In this document: in pieces, positions 1-8,989 of the stretch
Numbering within the stretch: position 1 is the first letter of the stretch
How the letters are laid out: every line of letters starts with the position of its first letter
Source: Candidatus Latescibacterota bacterium
GTDB lineage: Bacteria; Latescibacterota; UBA2968; UBA8231
Direction of reading: 5' to 3'
Length of the DNA stretch: 64,000 nt
Assembly (NCBI GenBank): GCA_965203175.1
Contig: OZ241867.1
Span: forward strand, 672,001-736,000
The notes under the pieces: generated by a model
Told to the model about the DNA's origin: nothing
The model's input: only the letters and a program-made list of their open reading frames with translations
Database searches by the model: none
Translations under genes and position numbers: made by a program

Positions 1-2198
1 AAATAACCCGCTGCTCCACGGCCCCCGTCGAGGCGACGGACGCGCCGCCCATCCAACGAATAGATCCACACCTCCGGCTCGACCTCCACATTCAGGACCA
101 AGAAGCGTATCTGGACTTGGTCGCCGATCCCGTCTCCGTTGGGAGTGGCGATGCGAGGCGCGACCGAGAGATTGGCAAGCAAGCGATCGGACTTGGGGAC
201 GTTCGGGAAAAAAACTTGCGTCGCGCGCGGCACGCTGCTGGTGGGCAGCACCTCCTGCCACAAATCGGGCACCTCGGTGCGGGCCACAAAGGCCCGGAAC
301 AGCGTGGGGTTTTGCTCGATCTGGACGCGCAGTTGCACCCGCACAGTATCCGCGTCTTGCTCCACGACCTGCGGCAGTTGAATCAACAGAGAGTCGGGCG
401 CGGTCTGCGACCACTCCACCGCGGGCTGCGCGACGCCACCGACCCACACTTGGAGGCTGTCGGGATCGATTCGGGACGGGGTTTCGAAGAGGAGTTGGTC
501 AAAGCCGCCGCCCTCTGCGAAGTCGCCCCACAGCTTGTAGGTAAAGGTTTCGGGCACGCCCGGAGCAGCCGCTTGGGGCGCGATGCGGCCTTCAATGCCC
601 CGTATTAAGGCGTCGATGAATCGCACTTCAAGGTTTTTCACGGTCGGCGCGGCTTCGGGGCGATCCGAAGTAAGCAAGAGCTGGAGCTGCAACAGCCGCC
701 GCGGACTCGGCGAGAGGAAAATGCCCTGTTCGAGGTACTCCGTGCTCCAAGCACTCCAATCGGAGCCGGCGACGATACTGGTGTCGGTATCGCCGCGCAG
801 GAATTTATTCGTGCTTTCGTAGGCCGCTTTGTCGGCCAGCAGGGTTCCGTCCTTTTTGTAGTAATCAATTTTCTCGGTCAACTGGTGGCCCGTGCGGCTC
901 CGCATCTGCACGTGGGTGCCTTCGGGCACATCGGCATCCCAGTGGATCCCCAAGATCTGCTTGGAGCGCCTGTCTCCGGTGAATTCCCCGAGGTCGATAA
1001 AACCGGATTCCAAAGCCACCCCGGCCACGTGTCCGGTGGGAATAACCATGACCTCCGACATATCCCCGTTCCGGTTTTTGTAAACCCCTGCCAAATAGCG
1101 GAAGGCGCGCGGCGTGGGCAGGAAGTACTGGAGATCGTAGCGACCTCCGCCGAGGGGCGTGAGAAACTCGTGGATCACGGCAAAATCTATGTCGCCGACC
1201 TCCAGCTTGCTCTCTTCGGCCGAGCCGAGCAGCAGGTGATCCTCAACCATGTCGCCGACCGCGTAGCCGCGCTTTTCCGCCCCCAGCATGAGGATATTCT
1301 TTACCCAATAGCGCGCGCCTAGGTCCAACACCCAGATTACATCGCGGCCCCCGGTGACGGATTGCGCCCAACTCGTGTTTTGATCGCCGTCGATCAACAC
1401 TGCGCCGCGGCCGGACTGTTCCTCCAATTGGCCACCCCGCCGGATGGCCTGTAGGGCCACGTTCTCGCCGAAGGTGTAGGCTTCTACCTCGGCGAGAGCG
1501 GCGTCTTCGCTCTTGGAATCGGCCCGGATGCGGATGTACTGCACGGGCTGGAAGGGCGGGGGCGTTATATCCGTGGCGCTTTCCGCGCCCGTGTACAGGA
1601 TGCGCGTGGTCAATTCCCGCCAAGGGCTTAGTTCGTATTCCACGACCGTCTGGTCGTTGTAGCGGGTGGTCCCGCCCAACACGCTGTATGCAAATAGATC
1701 CTGGCCAATGGCCTCGCGGTAGCCCCGCGTCCCAAAAATCCGGAAATCGCGCAGGGGCCGTGCCCCTTCCTCGTCGGGAAAAATTAGCCGGATCTTGGTC
1801 AGCGGCACCACGCGCCCTAGATTGACCTCAATCCACCAGTCCTCGAGCGGGGCGTTCGGATCGGGTTTCCAGAAGGTTTGATAGTCGCCGTCAATGATGT
1901 TGCCGGCGGCGATCCCGGCCGCGCGGGCCGTAGAGCCCGCCCGCCGCACGCCGCCTTGGATCTCTGTGTTGCCCGCTCCTATATGCGTGTACTCGGGAGC
2001 GTCGAGTGCGGCATTGACCGTATCTGGGAACGCTACTAGCGTGAAGGCACCGTCCGGGTCGAATTGGAGGAGACCTGGGGGAAAGGTCCATTCCTCCCAT
2101 TGGGCCTGGCGATCCAGGCGATAGGCTTGGTGCTGGCCCCAAGCGGCACTGCCCGCCAACAGGGCCAGCAACAGAGGAAACACTGCGATCCGGTTCAT
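1..2198 (-). CDS. Secreted protein with discoidin/FA58C-like regions and C-terminal TPNGDG/FlgD-Ig-like domain (3' end runs off the window)
   Basis: Not in the ORF track because no stop lies inside the window. Hand translation from ATG at 2198 gives MNRIAVFPLLLALLAGSAAWG (signal peptide), NIIDGDYQTFWKP..WWIEVNLGRVVPLTKIRL, WSAWS..SPSPRRLLQLQL and RIATPNGDGIGDQVQIRF..IYSLDGRRVRRL. Paralogous to the two upstream genes. Confidence 0.85.
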   Translation of the reverse strand, partial: MNRIAVFPLLLALLAGSAAWGQHQAYRLDRQAQWEEWTFPPGLLQFDPDGAFTLVAFPDTVNAALDAPEYTHIGAGNTEIQGGVRRAGSTARAAGIAAGNIIDGDYQTFWKPDPNAPLEDWWIEVNLGRVVPLTKIRLIFPDEEGARPLRDFRIFGTRGYREAIGQDLFAYSVLGGTTRYNDQTVVEYELSPWRELTTRILYTGAESATDITPPPFQPVQYIRIRADSKSEDAALAEVEAYTFGENVALQAIRRGGQLEEQSGRGAVLIDGDQNTSWAQSVTGGRDVIWVLDLGARYWVKNILMLGAEKRGYAVGDMVEDHLLLGSAEESKLEVGDIDFAVIHEFLTPLGGGRYDLQYFLPTPRAFRYLAGVYKNRNGDMSEVMVIPTGHVAGVALESGFIDLGEFTGDRRSKQILGIHWDADVPEGTHVQMRSRTGHQLTEKIDYYKKDGTLLADKAAYESTNKFLRGDTDTSIVAGSDWSAWSTEYLEQGIFLSPSPRRLLQLQLLLTSDRPEAAPTVKNLEVRFIDALIRGIEGRIAPQAAAPGVPETFTYKLWGDFAEGGGFDQLLFETPSRIDPDSLQVWVGGVAQPAVEWSQTAPDSLLIQLPQVVEQDADTVRVQLRVQIEQNPTLFRAFVARTEVPDLWQEVLPTSSVPRATQVFFPNVPKSDRLLANLSVAPRIATPNGDGIGDQVQIRFLVLNVEVEPEVWIYSLDGRRVRRLDGGRGAAGY

Positions 2199-2209
2199 GC
2201 TCACTCGTC

Positions 2210-4312
2210 TCAATAGACCAAGGCCACGGACTGGGTGCGTTCAAAGCGGCCCCGGCCGGTCTGGGCCTGCACTTGGCACAAGTACAACCCCGGTCTAAAC
2301 AGCCGGCCGGCCGCATTGCGACCAGTCCACAATGCGGTGTGAACACCGCCGCCTTGGTGCTCGGCGAGAATGCGATCTACGGGTTCGCCCGCGAGCGTGA
2401 AAAACGTGATTTCCACGGCCGCGTCCAAAACCCCGAACAAGGTGTACTTAATTTTTAGCAGGTCGTTGTGCCCGTCTCCGTTGGGAGTGAACGTGCGGGG
2501 CGCGATTTCCAGCCCGCCGAGGACCTGCTCGACGGCGCGGCCCGCAGCGACCACTTGTAGCTGTTGGGTGCCGATCGCCGCGACTGCATCGCCTTCTTCA
2601 ACCTGCTGGCGCAAGACGCTATTGGCGCGGTTGAAAACCTCGCCGCGCAACTGGGCCGAGACCGTATAGAGCGCGGTCTTGAGGCCGATCCGCAAGGTCT
2701 CGTCGGCGCGAATCGGCTCGGGCAGATACAGGGTCAAGCCTGCGGCATCGGTCCGCGCGCTGTCGGGTTGGACGGCCTCATCGGCAGCATCCCTCAGATA
2801 CAAAAACTCTGGCTCGGCTGGCGTGGCGATGTGCAAGGCGTCGAAGCCGGCTGCCGCCCCGCCGCCAAAGCCAGCGCGGATGGCGTATGCGAACTCGGTT
2901 GGCTCGCCTATGGGCACTTGGGCCAGTATTGCAAGGGAATCGCCAAGCAGGCCGACCTCGCCGACTAGGGTGGGAACCAGCAGCGGGAATAGTTCAATGG
3001 ACAGCGAATCCACCCGCGCCATTTCTACCGAGCTGGCCGTCGTCATTTGCACCTCTAACTGGAAGAACCGGCGGCTGGGCAGGTCGAGGCGCGTGCCAGA
3101 TTGATTCACCGCGCCAGACCAAGGCGTCCACTCTTCTCGATCCTCGGTGACGGGCCCCCGCCAGCCCACGAAGCTCGGGTCGCTGTCGTAGGCCCGCAAC
3201 TTGAGTCCATCCCACGCAGTCCGCTCGATCTCGGCCAATTCGCCTAGGTCGTTCCAAGTGAAGTACGTCAGGGGATCGGCGTCCGTGCCGTTTTTGAGGC
3301 GGAAGACGACGTCCACTTCGGCGTCCGGCGCTTCGACCAGTTCGCCGACCTGCCAGCGGCGCTCGCCATCTGCGGTTTCGCTCCACCCAGCGCCTTGTCG
3401 CCGCCACTTGCTGACCGCCATGAACACCCTTCCCAGCGTGGCCGGCTGACCCAAGTCTTGGACGTGGCTTACGTAGCGAGTCTGGCCGGCAAAGCCGCGG
3501 CCGTACAACTCAAACTCGCCATACGCGAGGGCGAAGTTGATCTTCACCCCGGGAACATCCGGGTTATCCGGGAAGGTTCGCCAACGCACGAAGCGCAGAT
3601 ATTGCAGTGGAAAGTCGATGATGATGGGGGCGACTAAGTGCTGCTCCACGCTGCCCAAGCGGACCGGCAAAGGCTTATAGTGCTCGCCGTACCGGTCTTT
3701 AGCGCGGCCTTCGAGCAGCATATCCGTGGTCTCAATGAGGCTGCCCGTCAGCTCGCCTTGATGGGGAATGTAGTGGGTCCAGGGCTTGCCAAACTGATCG
3801 CAGCAGTCTGGGTTAGCCGCGCCAGTCTCGAGATCGAATTCGGGCGGCAGGTGGATCTCAAAGCGCTCTACTGGCACGGGAGCACCTGGGTCAATCGTGT
3901 AAAATTCGCTATTGGTCTTGTTGCCGCCGGGGCCGAAGTTGGTGTTCCAATTGAAGGTCTGGTGATCGCCGTCAACGTACGTGGAGATGGGCTGGAACTG
4001 CTGGGCGAACTGCTTGTTGCCCGGCCCCCGCCAGAGCCGAGGCATACCCTCCGTCCAGAACGGATCGAGGGGAAACTGCCAGCGATCCCAAGCAAAGCGC
4101 TGCGACACTAGGGGGAGGAAATTGACATCGGGCCGCAACTCCCACGGCTGCAGCGCACCGGGCGCACTGGTCTCGTCGCCCATCACGTTGAGCGCAGCGG
4201 TTTCGGCCCAGGAACGGCCGCCTTGGCCCCCTAGTTTCCACAGATCCTGTGCCCACGCTAACTGCGCCTGCCAAGCCCAGAGGACGGTCCATAGTGCGAT
4301 CCACCGCAACAT
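2210..4312 (-). CDS. Secreted protein with C-terminal TPNGDG/FlgD-Ig-like domain (700 aa)
   Basis: ATG at 4312 overlaps the upstream TGA (TGATG). Signal peptide MLRWIALWTVLWAWQAQLAWA; C-terminus TFTPNGDGHND...WTGRNAAGRLFRPGLYLCQV...VALVY. Confidence 0.85.
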   Translation of the reverse strand: MLRWIALWTVLWAWQAQLAWAQDLWKLGGQGGRSWAETAALNVMGDETSAPGALQPWELRPDVNFLPLVSQRFAWDRWQFPLDPFWTEGMPRLWRGPGNKQFAQQFQPISTYVDGDHQTFNWNTNFGPGGNKTNSEFYTIDPGAPVPVERFEIHLPPEFDLETGAANPDCCDQFGKPWTHYIPHQGELTGSLIETTDMLLEGRAKDRYGEHYKPLPVRLGSVEQHLVAPIIIDFPLQYLRFVRWRTFPDNPDVPGVKINFALAYGEFELYGRGFAGQTRYVSHVQDLGQPATLGRVFMAVSKWRRQGAGWSETADGERRWQVGELVEAPDAEVDVVFRLKNGTDADPLTYFTWNDLGELAEIERTAWDGLKLRAYDSDPSFVGWRGPVTEDREEWTPWSGAVNQSGTRLDLPSRRFFQLEVQMTTASSVEMARVDSLSIELFPLLVPTLVGEVGLLGDSLAILAQVPIGEPTEFAYAIRAGFGGGAAAGFDALHIATPAEPEFLYLRDAADEAVQPDSARTDAAGLTLYLPEPIRADETLRIGLKTALYTVSAQLRGEVFNRANSVLRQQVEEGDAVAAIGTQQLQVVAAGRAVEQVLGGLEIAPRTFTPNGDGHNDLLKIKYTLFGVLDAAVEITFFTLAGEPVDRILAEHQGGGVHTALWTGRNAAGRLFRPGLYLCQVQAQTGRGRFERTQSVALVY

Positions 4313-6303
4313 CAGTACACAACTCCTATGGTGCGAGTCTCGGCGAAGGACTCCACGGCTCCTTCGACCGCAACCCTGAGCAGATATAGCCCCACGGGCA
4401 CCAAGTGGCCAGCCGCATCGCGGCCATCCCAAGTGACAGTGTGCGGGCCTCGACCCCGATCCTCGCGGAAGGCGTACACGCGGCGGCCCGATAAGTCGAA
4501 GACCTCCAGCGTATTGGGAGCGTCGTTGAGAAGCTGGAGCAGGCTGTATTGAACGGTAATCCGGTCGTTCACTCCATCGCCATTGGGGGTTATCACCCGG
4601 GGACTGAAATCCGCGATGCGCAGCACGTCGTTCCGCGACTCGGGCGACGTGAGGACTTGCAGCTTGTTGGTCGTAACCTGCGAGTTGGGATCGTCTACGG
4701 GGCGCAAAGGGCGGGGCGGCGGCAAGACCGGCTGGGGCAATTCCTCGCTTTCAGTATCTAAGGCCTGGGCATTGAAAAACGTGGACTGCACGAGTAACTC
4801 GGCATCGAAAATCACCCGCAGCGAAGTTGGAGCGGCGATCCGGTTGTCCGGAAAATACAGCGTCAGGCCGTCGGACGCCTCTTCAACGGCACTAGGAGTG
4901 ACCAGACTCCGGCTGCTCTCGTCGGCACCCAGCAAAAGCTCGACAAAAGTCGGGCGCGTTGGCGTGATAATTTTCAGCGCGTCGATCCCCACATCCGCGT
5001 CGCGGACATCGGCCAACAGGTCGTACGCGAATCGGGAGGGCACGCCTACGGGCACCATGGCAAAACCGTCTTGGGGCGCGGGGTCGGCCAGCAGGGAAAT
5101 TTCGCCGAACAACCTCCGCGCCAAGGGGGGGGAGGCAATTTCCAAGGTCAGGTCGTCAACGCGGAGGCCGTCTGAGATCTGGCCGCTTTTCATGATGACG
5201 CGGAACTGGACGTAGCGCCTCGGGCTGGGCAACGCAACCGCCCGACCCGAAGCGGTGAACGGCTCCGACCAAGTGCTCCAATTTACCTGATCGGCCTCAA
5301 CGCCACCTTTGACATCAGCGGTCAGGGACTTATAGGCATCTTCGGTGACTACGGTTAGCTCGTTGAGAAACTTGTTGGTAATCTCGTAATAGACCTCTGG
5401 CGAATCGTCGAGTCCCGAGCGCATCTGAAAACTGAGCGAGACATCTGCTTGAGGCGTTGCGTCCCCAGTACTGAGGACGGACTGCTCTACCAAGTCGCCA
5501 CTGTCCGCATCAACCCGCAGCGCGACCGCGCTCCAGTTCAGGGTGCCGAAATTAGTGGGCTCACCGAGGTCGATAACCTTGGATAGGTACTCTCCCTTGG
5601 GCACGAAACCCGAGCCGTAGATTTCGATCTCGGCGATCTCAAAGGGGTTTTTCGACAGCACCCGCAGCGCGACGTAGCGGATGAACTGGTTGGGAAATTC
5701 GACCACGGCAATGCTGTCGCGGGAAAATTCCACCCGCTTCATAAGCTGATAGATGGGCTGGTTGTCTTCGCCGAATTCGAGGCCATTGTTGACGTATAGC
5801 TCGTAGCCCCGGATGTAATCCTCCCAATAGGGGATGCCCTTGTCGTCAACGCCCGTCAGACGCGGAAAGAATGCAATGCGGTTGACCGGAAAGCGGCTTC
5901 CTAAATCGAGGGAAAAACGCCGGCCCGTTTGGTTGGAGCCGAAGCGTTTGAAGCGATCCGCGGTGGAAGTGTTGGGGTCGCCATCCACGAGGGGAATATC
6001 CGATTCCTTGAGCGGGTAGTTATTCCAGATGTGGGCTTGGGGGCGCTCGGGGATGTACCCTTCTATGGGGAAGGCCGAAACCCACGTGAGGGCTTGGATG
6101 ATGTTATCCGTCGGCTCGAATCCGGCGATCTGGATCGCGCCGGGTACGCTGAAATCAATGGCCGTAGTGGCCCGAGCCTCGGATTGCCAGCTCCGATCAT
6201 CCTCGTTGATCCCCCACGTCCGCAACTCGGAATCGGCGCTGCTCCAAAAGATCACGACCAGCAGCGCGGCGCTGACTAGGGGTCGCCGTCTGGGTGCTCG
6301 CAA
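4312..6303 (-). CDS. Secreted discoidin-like protein with C-terminal TPNGDG/FlgD-Ig-like domain (663 aa)
   Basis: TTG start 8 nt after GAGGAG; hydrophobic N-terminus; LVDGDPNT..LDLGSRFPVNRIAFFPR; C-terminus ITPNGDGVND...WDGRDAAGHLVPVGLYLLRV...IGVVY. Confidence 0.85.
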   Translation of the reverse strand: MRAPRRRPLVSAALLVVIFWSSADSELRTWGINEDDRSWQSEARATTAIDFSVPGAIQIAGFEPTDNIIQALTWVSAFPIEGYIPERPQAHIWNNYPLKESDIPLVDGDPNTSTADRFKRFGSNQTGRRFSLDLGSRFPVNRIAFFPRLTGVDDKGIPYWEDYIRGYELYVNNGLEFGEDNQPIYQLMKRVEFSRDSIAVVEFPNQFIRYVALRVLSKNPFEIAEIEIYGSGFVPKGEYLSKVIDLGEPTNFGTLNWSAVALRVDADSGDLVEQSVLSTGDATPQADVSLSFQMRSGLDDSPEVYYEITNKFLNELTVVTEDAYKSLTADVKGGVEADQVNWSTWSEPFTASGRAVALPSPRRYVQFRVIMKSGQISDGLRVDDLTLEIASPPLARRLFGEISLLADPAPQDGFAMVPVGVPSRFAYDLLADVRDADVGIDALKIITPTRPTFVELLLGADESSRSLVTPSAVEEASDGLTLYFPDNRIAAPTSLRVIFDAELLVQSTFFNAQALDTESEELPQPVLPPPRPLRPVDDPNSQVTTNKLQVLTSPESRNDVLRIADFSPRVITPNGDGVNDRITVQYSLLQLLNDAPNTLEVFDLSGRRVYAFREDRGRGPHTVTWDGRDAAGHLVPVGLYLLRVAVEGAVESFAETRTIGVVY

Positions 6304-6384
6304 GGCGTGTGCTCCTCTGGGATTTGTATTACTTCTTCAATTGACGGAATTTAATTCAACTTTTGCTAGGGAACAAATTTTAAA

Positions 6385-7896
6385 ATGACCCGGGAGAGCT
6401 TTCACAACGTCTTCGCCATCGATCTGCGCTCCCTCGCGCTCTTGCGCGTGGTCTTGGCCGCATTGGGCCTTATCGACCTCGTCATCAGGGCGGGGGACTT
6501 GGTGGCGTTCTACACCGACCAAGGGGCCTTTCCGCGCCAAGCAGCCCTCGAGTACTACCGCAGCAAGACGGTCATCTCGCTGCATCTGCTGAGCGGCGAC
6601 AGCGCGATTCAGACCGCGCTCTTCCTCGTCGCCGGTGTGGCCCTAGTGGCCTTGCTGTTGGGGTATCGCACTCGGATGGCCGCGTTTTGGGCGTTTGTCT
6701 TGTTGGCGTCCATACACGTGCGCACCCCACCTCTGCTCCAGGCTGGGGATACTTTATTGCGGGTGCTGTTCTTCTGGTCCCTCTTTCTGCCGCTGGGCGC
6801 TCGCTGCTCGCTGGACGCCGTCCTCAACCCGCGCCCTAGCCCGCCGAGCAGTCCGTCGCCACCCTTGGCGACGCATCGACATTTTTCCGTCGGCAGCGCC
6901 GCACTGCTCCTCCAAGTGGCCATGGTGTACGTGTGCAGTGCCCTGTTCAAAACCGGCGCTGAGTGGCGCGTCGATGGCACGGCCATTTACTACGCGCTCC
7001 AACTCGACTATATGGTGACTCCCGTTGGCGCGTGGCTGCGGCAGTGGAACGACCTGCTGCCGGTGCTGACTCGTCTCGTCTATTACTTTGAACTCATTGC
7101 CCCTTTCTTCCTCTTCTGCCCCGTATTTTCCACTGCGCTGCGCGGGCTGCTCCTGCCAGCTTTCGCCGTCATGCACTTGGCTTTTGGCCTGTGCCTGCAA
7201 ATCGGCCTCTTCCCCTGGGTCAGCGCGGCGGCCTTGATTCCCTTTATTCCGGCCGTGGCGTGGGACTGGCTGGGCCGGCGCATCGCCGCCAAAGGTGTGA
7301 GGCTCGGCGAATTCGCCCGCGCGTTCCTGCCCTTGCGTGACTCGTCCCATCAGACCGGCCGCATTGGCTCGGCTGCATGCGCGTTCTTTTTGCTCTACAC
7401 CGCAGCCTGGAACGCGGCGTCCCTGCCGCAAACGGCCTTTTCCATGCCCGCCTCGCTCAAGTGGATCGGCGAGTTGGTTCAGCTAGAGCAGACTTGGGAC
7501 ATGTTCGCGCCGCAGCCCTCGCAATCCAATGGCTGGTTCGTCATGCCCGGCCTCTTGGCGGATGGGACGGCCGTGGATGTGTACCGCCGGACCATATCGC
7601 CGCCTGAACGGAAGAAGCCCCGAGACGGCTCGGCTTATTTTGCCAATTATCGGTGGAGGAAATTCCTACTGACGCTGGCGCACAAGCAACACGAGAGCTA
7701 CCGATTCTACTACGGCCGCTACCTGTGCCAGCAGTGGAATGCCGGCCGCCGCGGCGACGAGCGGCTAAAGACCTTTAGCATCTATTTCGCCGAAGAAAAA
7801 ACCCTGCTATATCCGGCGGCCGAGCAGCCTGTCGAAGTGCTTTTGTGGCGTCACGACTGCTTCAAAAGGGCCGTGACCGTCCACCGTCCGCAATAA
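6385..7896 (+). CDS. HTTM-domain membrane protein (vitamin K-dependent carboxylase/LMF-like superfamily)
   Basis: IDLRSLALLRV, GDTLLRVLFFWSLFLPLGARCSLD, LLLQVAMVY..ALFK..W and QTWDMFAP motifs; many hydrophobic segments. Confidence 0.8.
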   Translation: MTRESFHNVFAIDLRSLALLRVVLAALGLIDLVIRAGDLVAFYTDQGAFPRQAALEYYRSKTVISLHLLSGDSAIQTALFLVAGVALVALLLGYRTRMAAFWAFVLLASIHVRTPPLLQAGDTLLRVLFFWSLFLPLGARCSLDAVLNPRPSPPSSPSPPLATHRHFSVGSAALLLQVAMVYVCSALFKTGAEWRVDGTAIYYALQLDYMVTPVGAWLRQWNDLLPVLTRLVYYFELIAPFFLFCPVFSTALRGLLLPAFAVMHLAFGLCLQIGLFPWVSAAALIPFIPAVAWDWLGRRIAAKGVRLGEFARAFLPLRDSSHQTGRIGSAACAFFLLYTAAWNAASLPQTAFSMPASLKWIGELVQLEQTWDMFAPQPSQSNGWFVMPGLLADGTAVDVYRRTISPPERKKPRDGSAYFANYRWRKFLLTLAHKQHESYRFYYGRYLCQQWNAGRRGDERLKTFSIYFAEEKTLLYPAAEQPVEVLLWRHDCFKRAVTVHRPQ

Positions 7897-7927
7897 AAAA
7901 GGGGACGAAGCGTGCGCCCCGTCCCCT
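7895..7927 (-). terminator. Intrinsic terminator of 7951..8880, between convergent genes
   Basis: AAAAAA-GGGGACG..CGTCCCC-T on +, i.e. a GC stem followed by a U6 tract on the minus transcript. Confidence 0.7.
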
Positions 7928-7950
7928 GCAAAGCAACCTGCCAATAAGAT

Positions 7951-8880
7951 TCAATCGAGCAGACTATGCGTGCGGCTCTTGATCCGTCCCCAAGTGACGT
8001 TTTCCACCGCCGTATCAGCAGGTTCGTGCGTCAGAATCGTCTGGAAGTCGGCAGCTTGGTCGCCGTCGGCCTGCCCGTCGGATGCGCCACCTGCGTACCC
8101 GTACTGGCCAGCACCACCGCCGCCTTCCGGGTTATCGACGTCGTTGAGGCGCGGCGTCGTGTGGGTGACCTGGTCGGGCGCGAAGGTGTAGCGCTGGTTC
8201 AAATCACCGTCTGGACCAGCCGGATCGTACGAGGCCCACAAGGCCAGCTTTATCTCATAGGTGTACTCGACGTTGCTCGACCCGTGAGTAGCGTCTGGTG
8301 GGGTCAGTTGCGTAGCAGCCAAGCCCCAAGGTGGCTGCCCTCCCCAGTCGCCCTCGGGGAAGTCGCCCCCGCCTAGCATGCCGCCGTAGTCAATGCCAAA
8401 TTCATTGGTGGCCAGCGAGTTGACTACGATGCGATAGCCGTTTTGCGCCTCCTCGATATTTTCGTTCACCAAGATCGACCCGCCAGAGTGGTCGGCATCG
8501 ACCCCGATCATCATGGTGTCGTCGTCCCACCAGTTCCGCAGGTTGTCTCCCCAACTGCTCTTGAGGCTGTCGTCGGCCACCCGAGCAAAGAAGTAGAGGG
8601 CATTGTCTGGGGGCAGGCTCCAAGCCATGAAATAGCTCGCTTGATAGTCGTCGCCTTGCGCCCCTGGCCCCTGACCGGCGAATTGCCCAGCCCAAGCCTC
8701 AATGCCGTCGGGCCCTACGGCAAAGTCCCGGTCGAACCAACCCCAGTCGTCTTCCGAGCCATCTATGTTCATAGAAGCAGGATCGGGAACTGAGGGGAGG
8801 AAGAAAATTGCCCCGGTGTGAGCCGTGGCTGCGCCAGCGAGAGCCAGCGCTAAAAGCACTGCAAGGGCGGATGTTTTCAT
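7951..8880 (-). CDS. Secreted CBM9/DOMON-like protein with C-terminal TAVExxTWGRIK motif (309 aa)
   Basis: RBS GAAAGGAG before ATG 8880; 20-aa signal peptide ending ATA; IDGSEDDW, LYFFARVADD, WWDDD, YTYEIK resemble CBM9-like folds; paralog of 14132..15052. Confidence 0.75.
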   Translation of the reverse strand: MKTSALAVLLALALAGAATAHTGAIFFLPSVPDPASMNIDGSEDDWGWFDRDFAVGPDGIEAWAGQFAGQGPGAQGDDYQASYFMAWSLPPDNALYFFARVADDSLKSSWGDNLRNWWDDDTMMIGVDADHSGGSILVNENIEEAQNGYRIVVNSLATNEFGIDYGGMLGGGDFPEGDWGGQPPWGLAATQLTPPDATHGSSNVEYTYEIKLALWASYDPAGPDGDLNQRYTFAPDQVTHTTPRLNDVDNPEGGGGAGQYGYAGGASDGQADGDQAADFQTILTHEPADTAVENVTWGRIKSRTHSLLD

Positions 8881-8929
8881 CCTGAGCTCCTTTCTGCAAA
8901 CAACGGCTTGCTGCTTGCGCGAGATACCT

Positions 8930-8964
8930 CGTAAATATCTATGTGTGGTGCAACGGGTTGTCAA
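8930..8964 (-). promoter_or_regulatory. Possible sigma70-type promoter for 7951..8880
   Basis: TTGACA on the minus strand (8964-8959) followed 17 nt later by AT-rich TAGATATTT; weak -10 match. Confidence 0.3.
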
Positions 8965-8989
8965 GAAAAATTAACGCGAGGAACTCCAA

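Noticed and set aside
1-2200. Apparent non-coding or pseudogene region filled with short ORFs in the track
   Set aside because: A single minus-strand frame from 2198 stays open to the window edge; the short ORFs are shadows of it.
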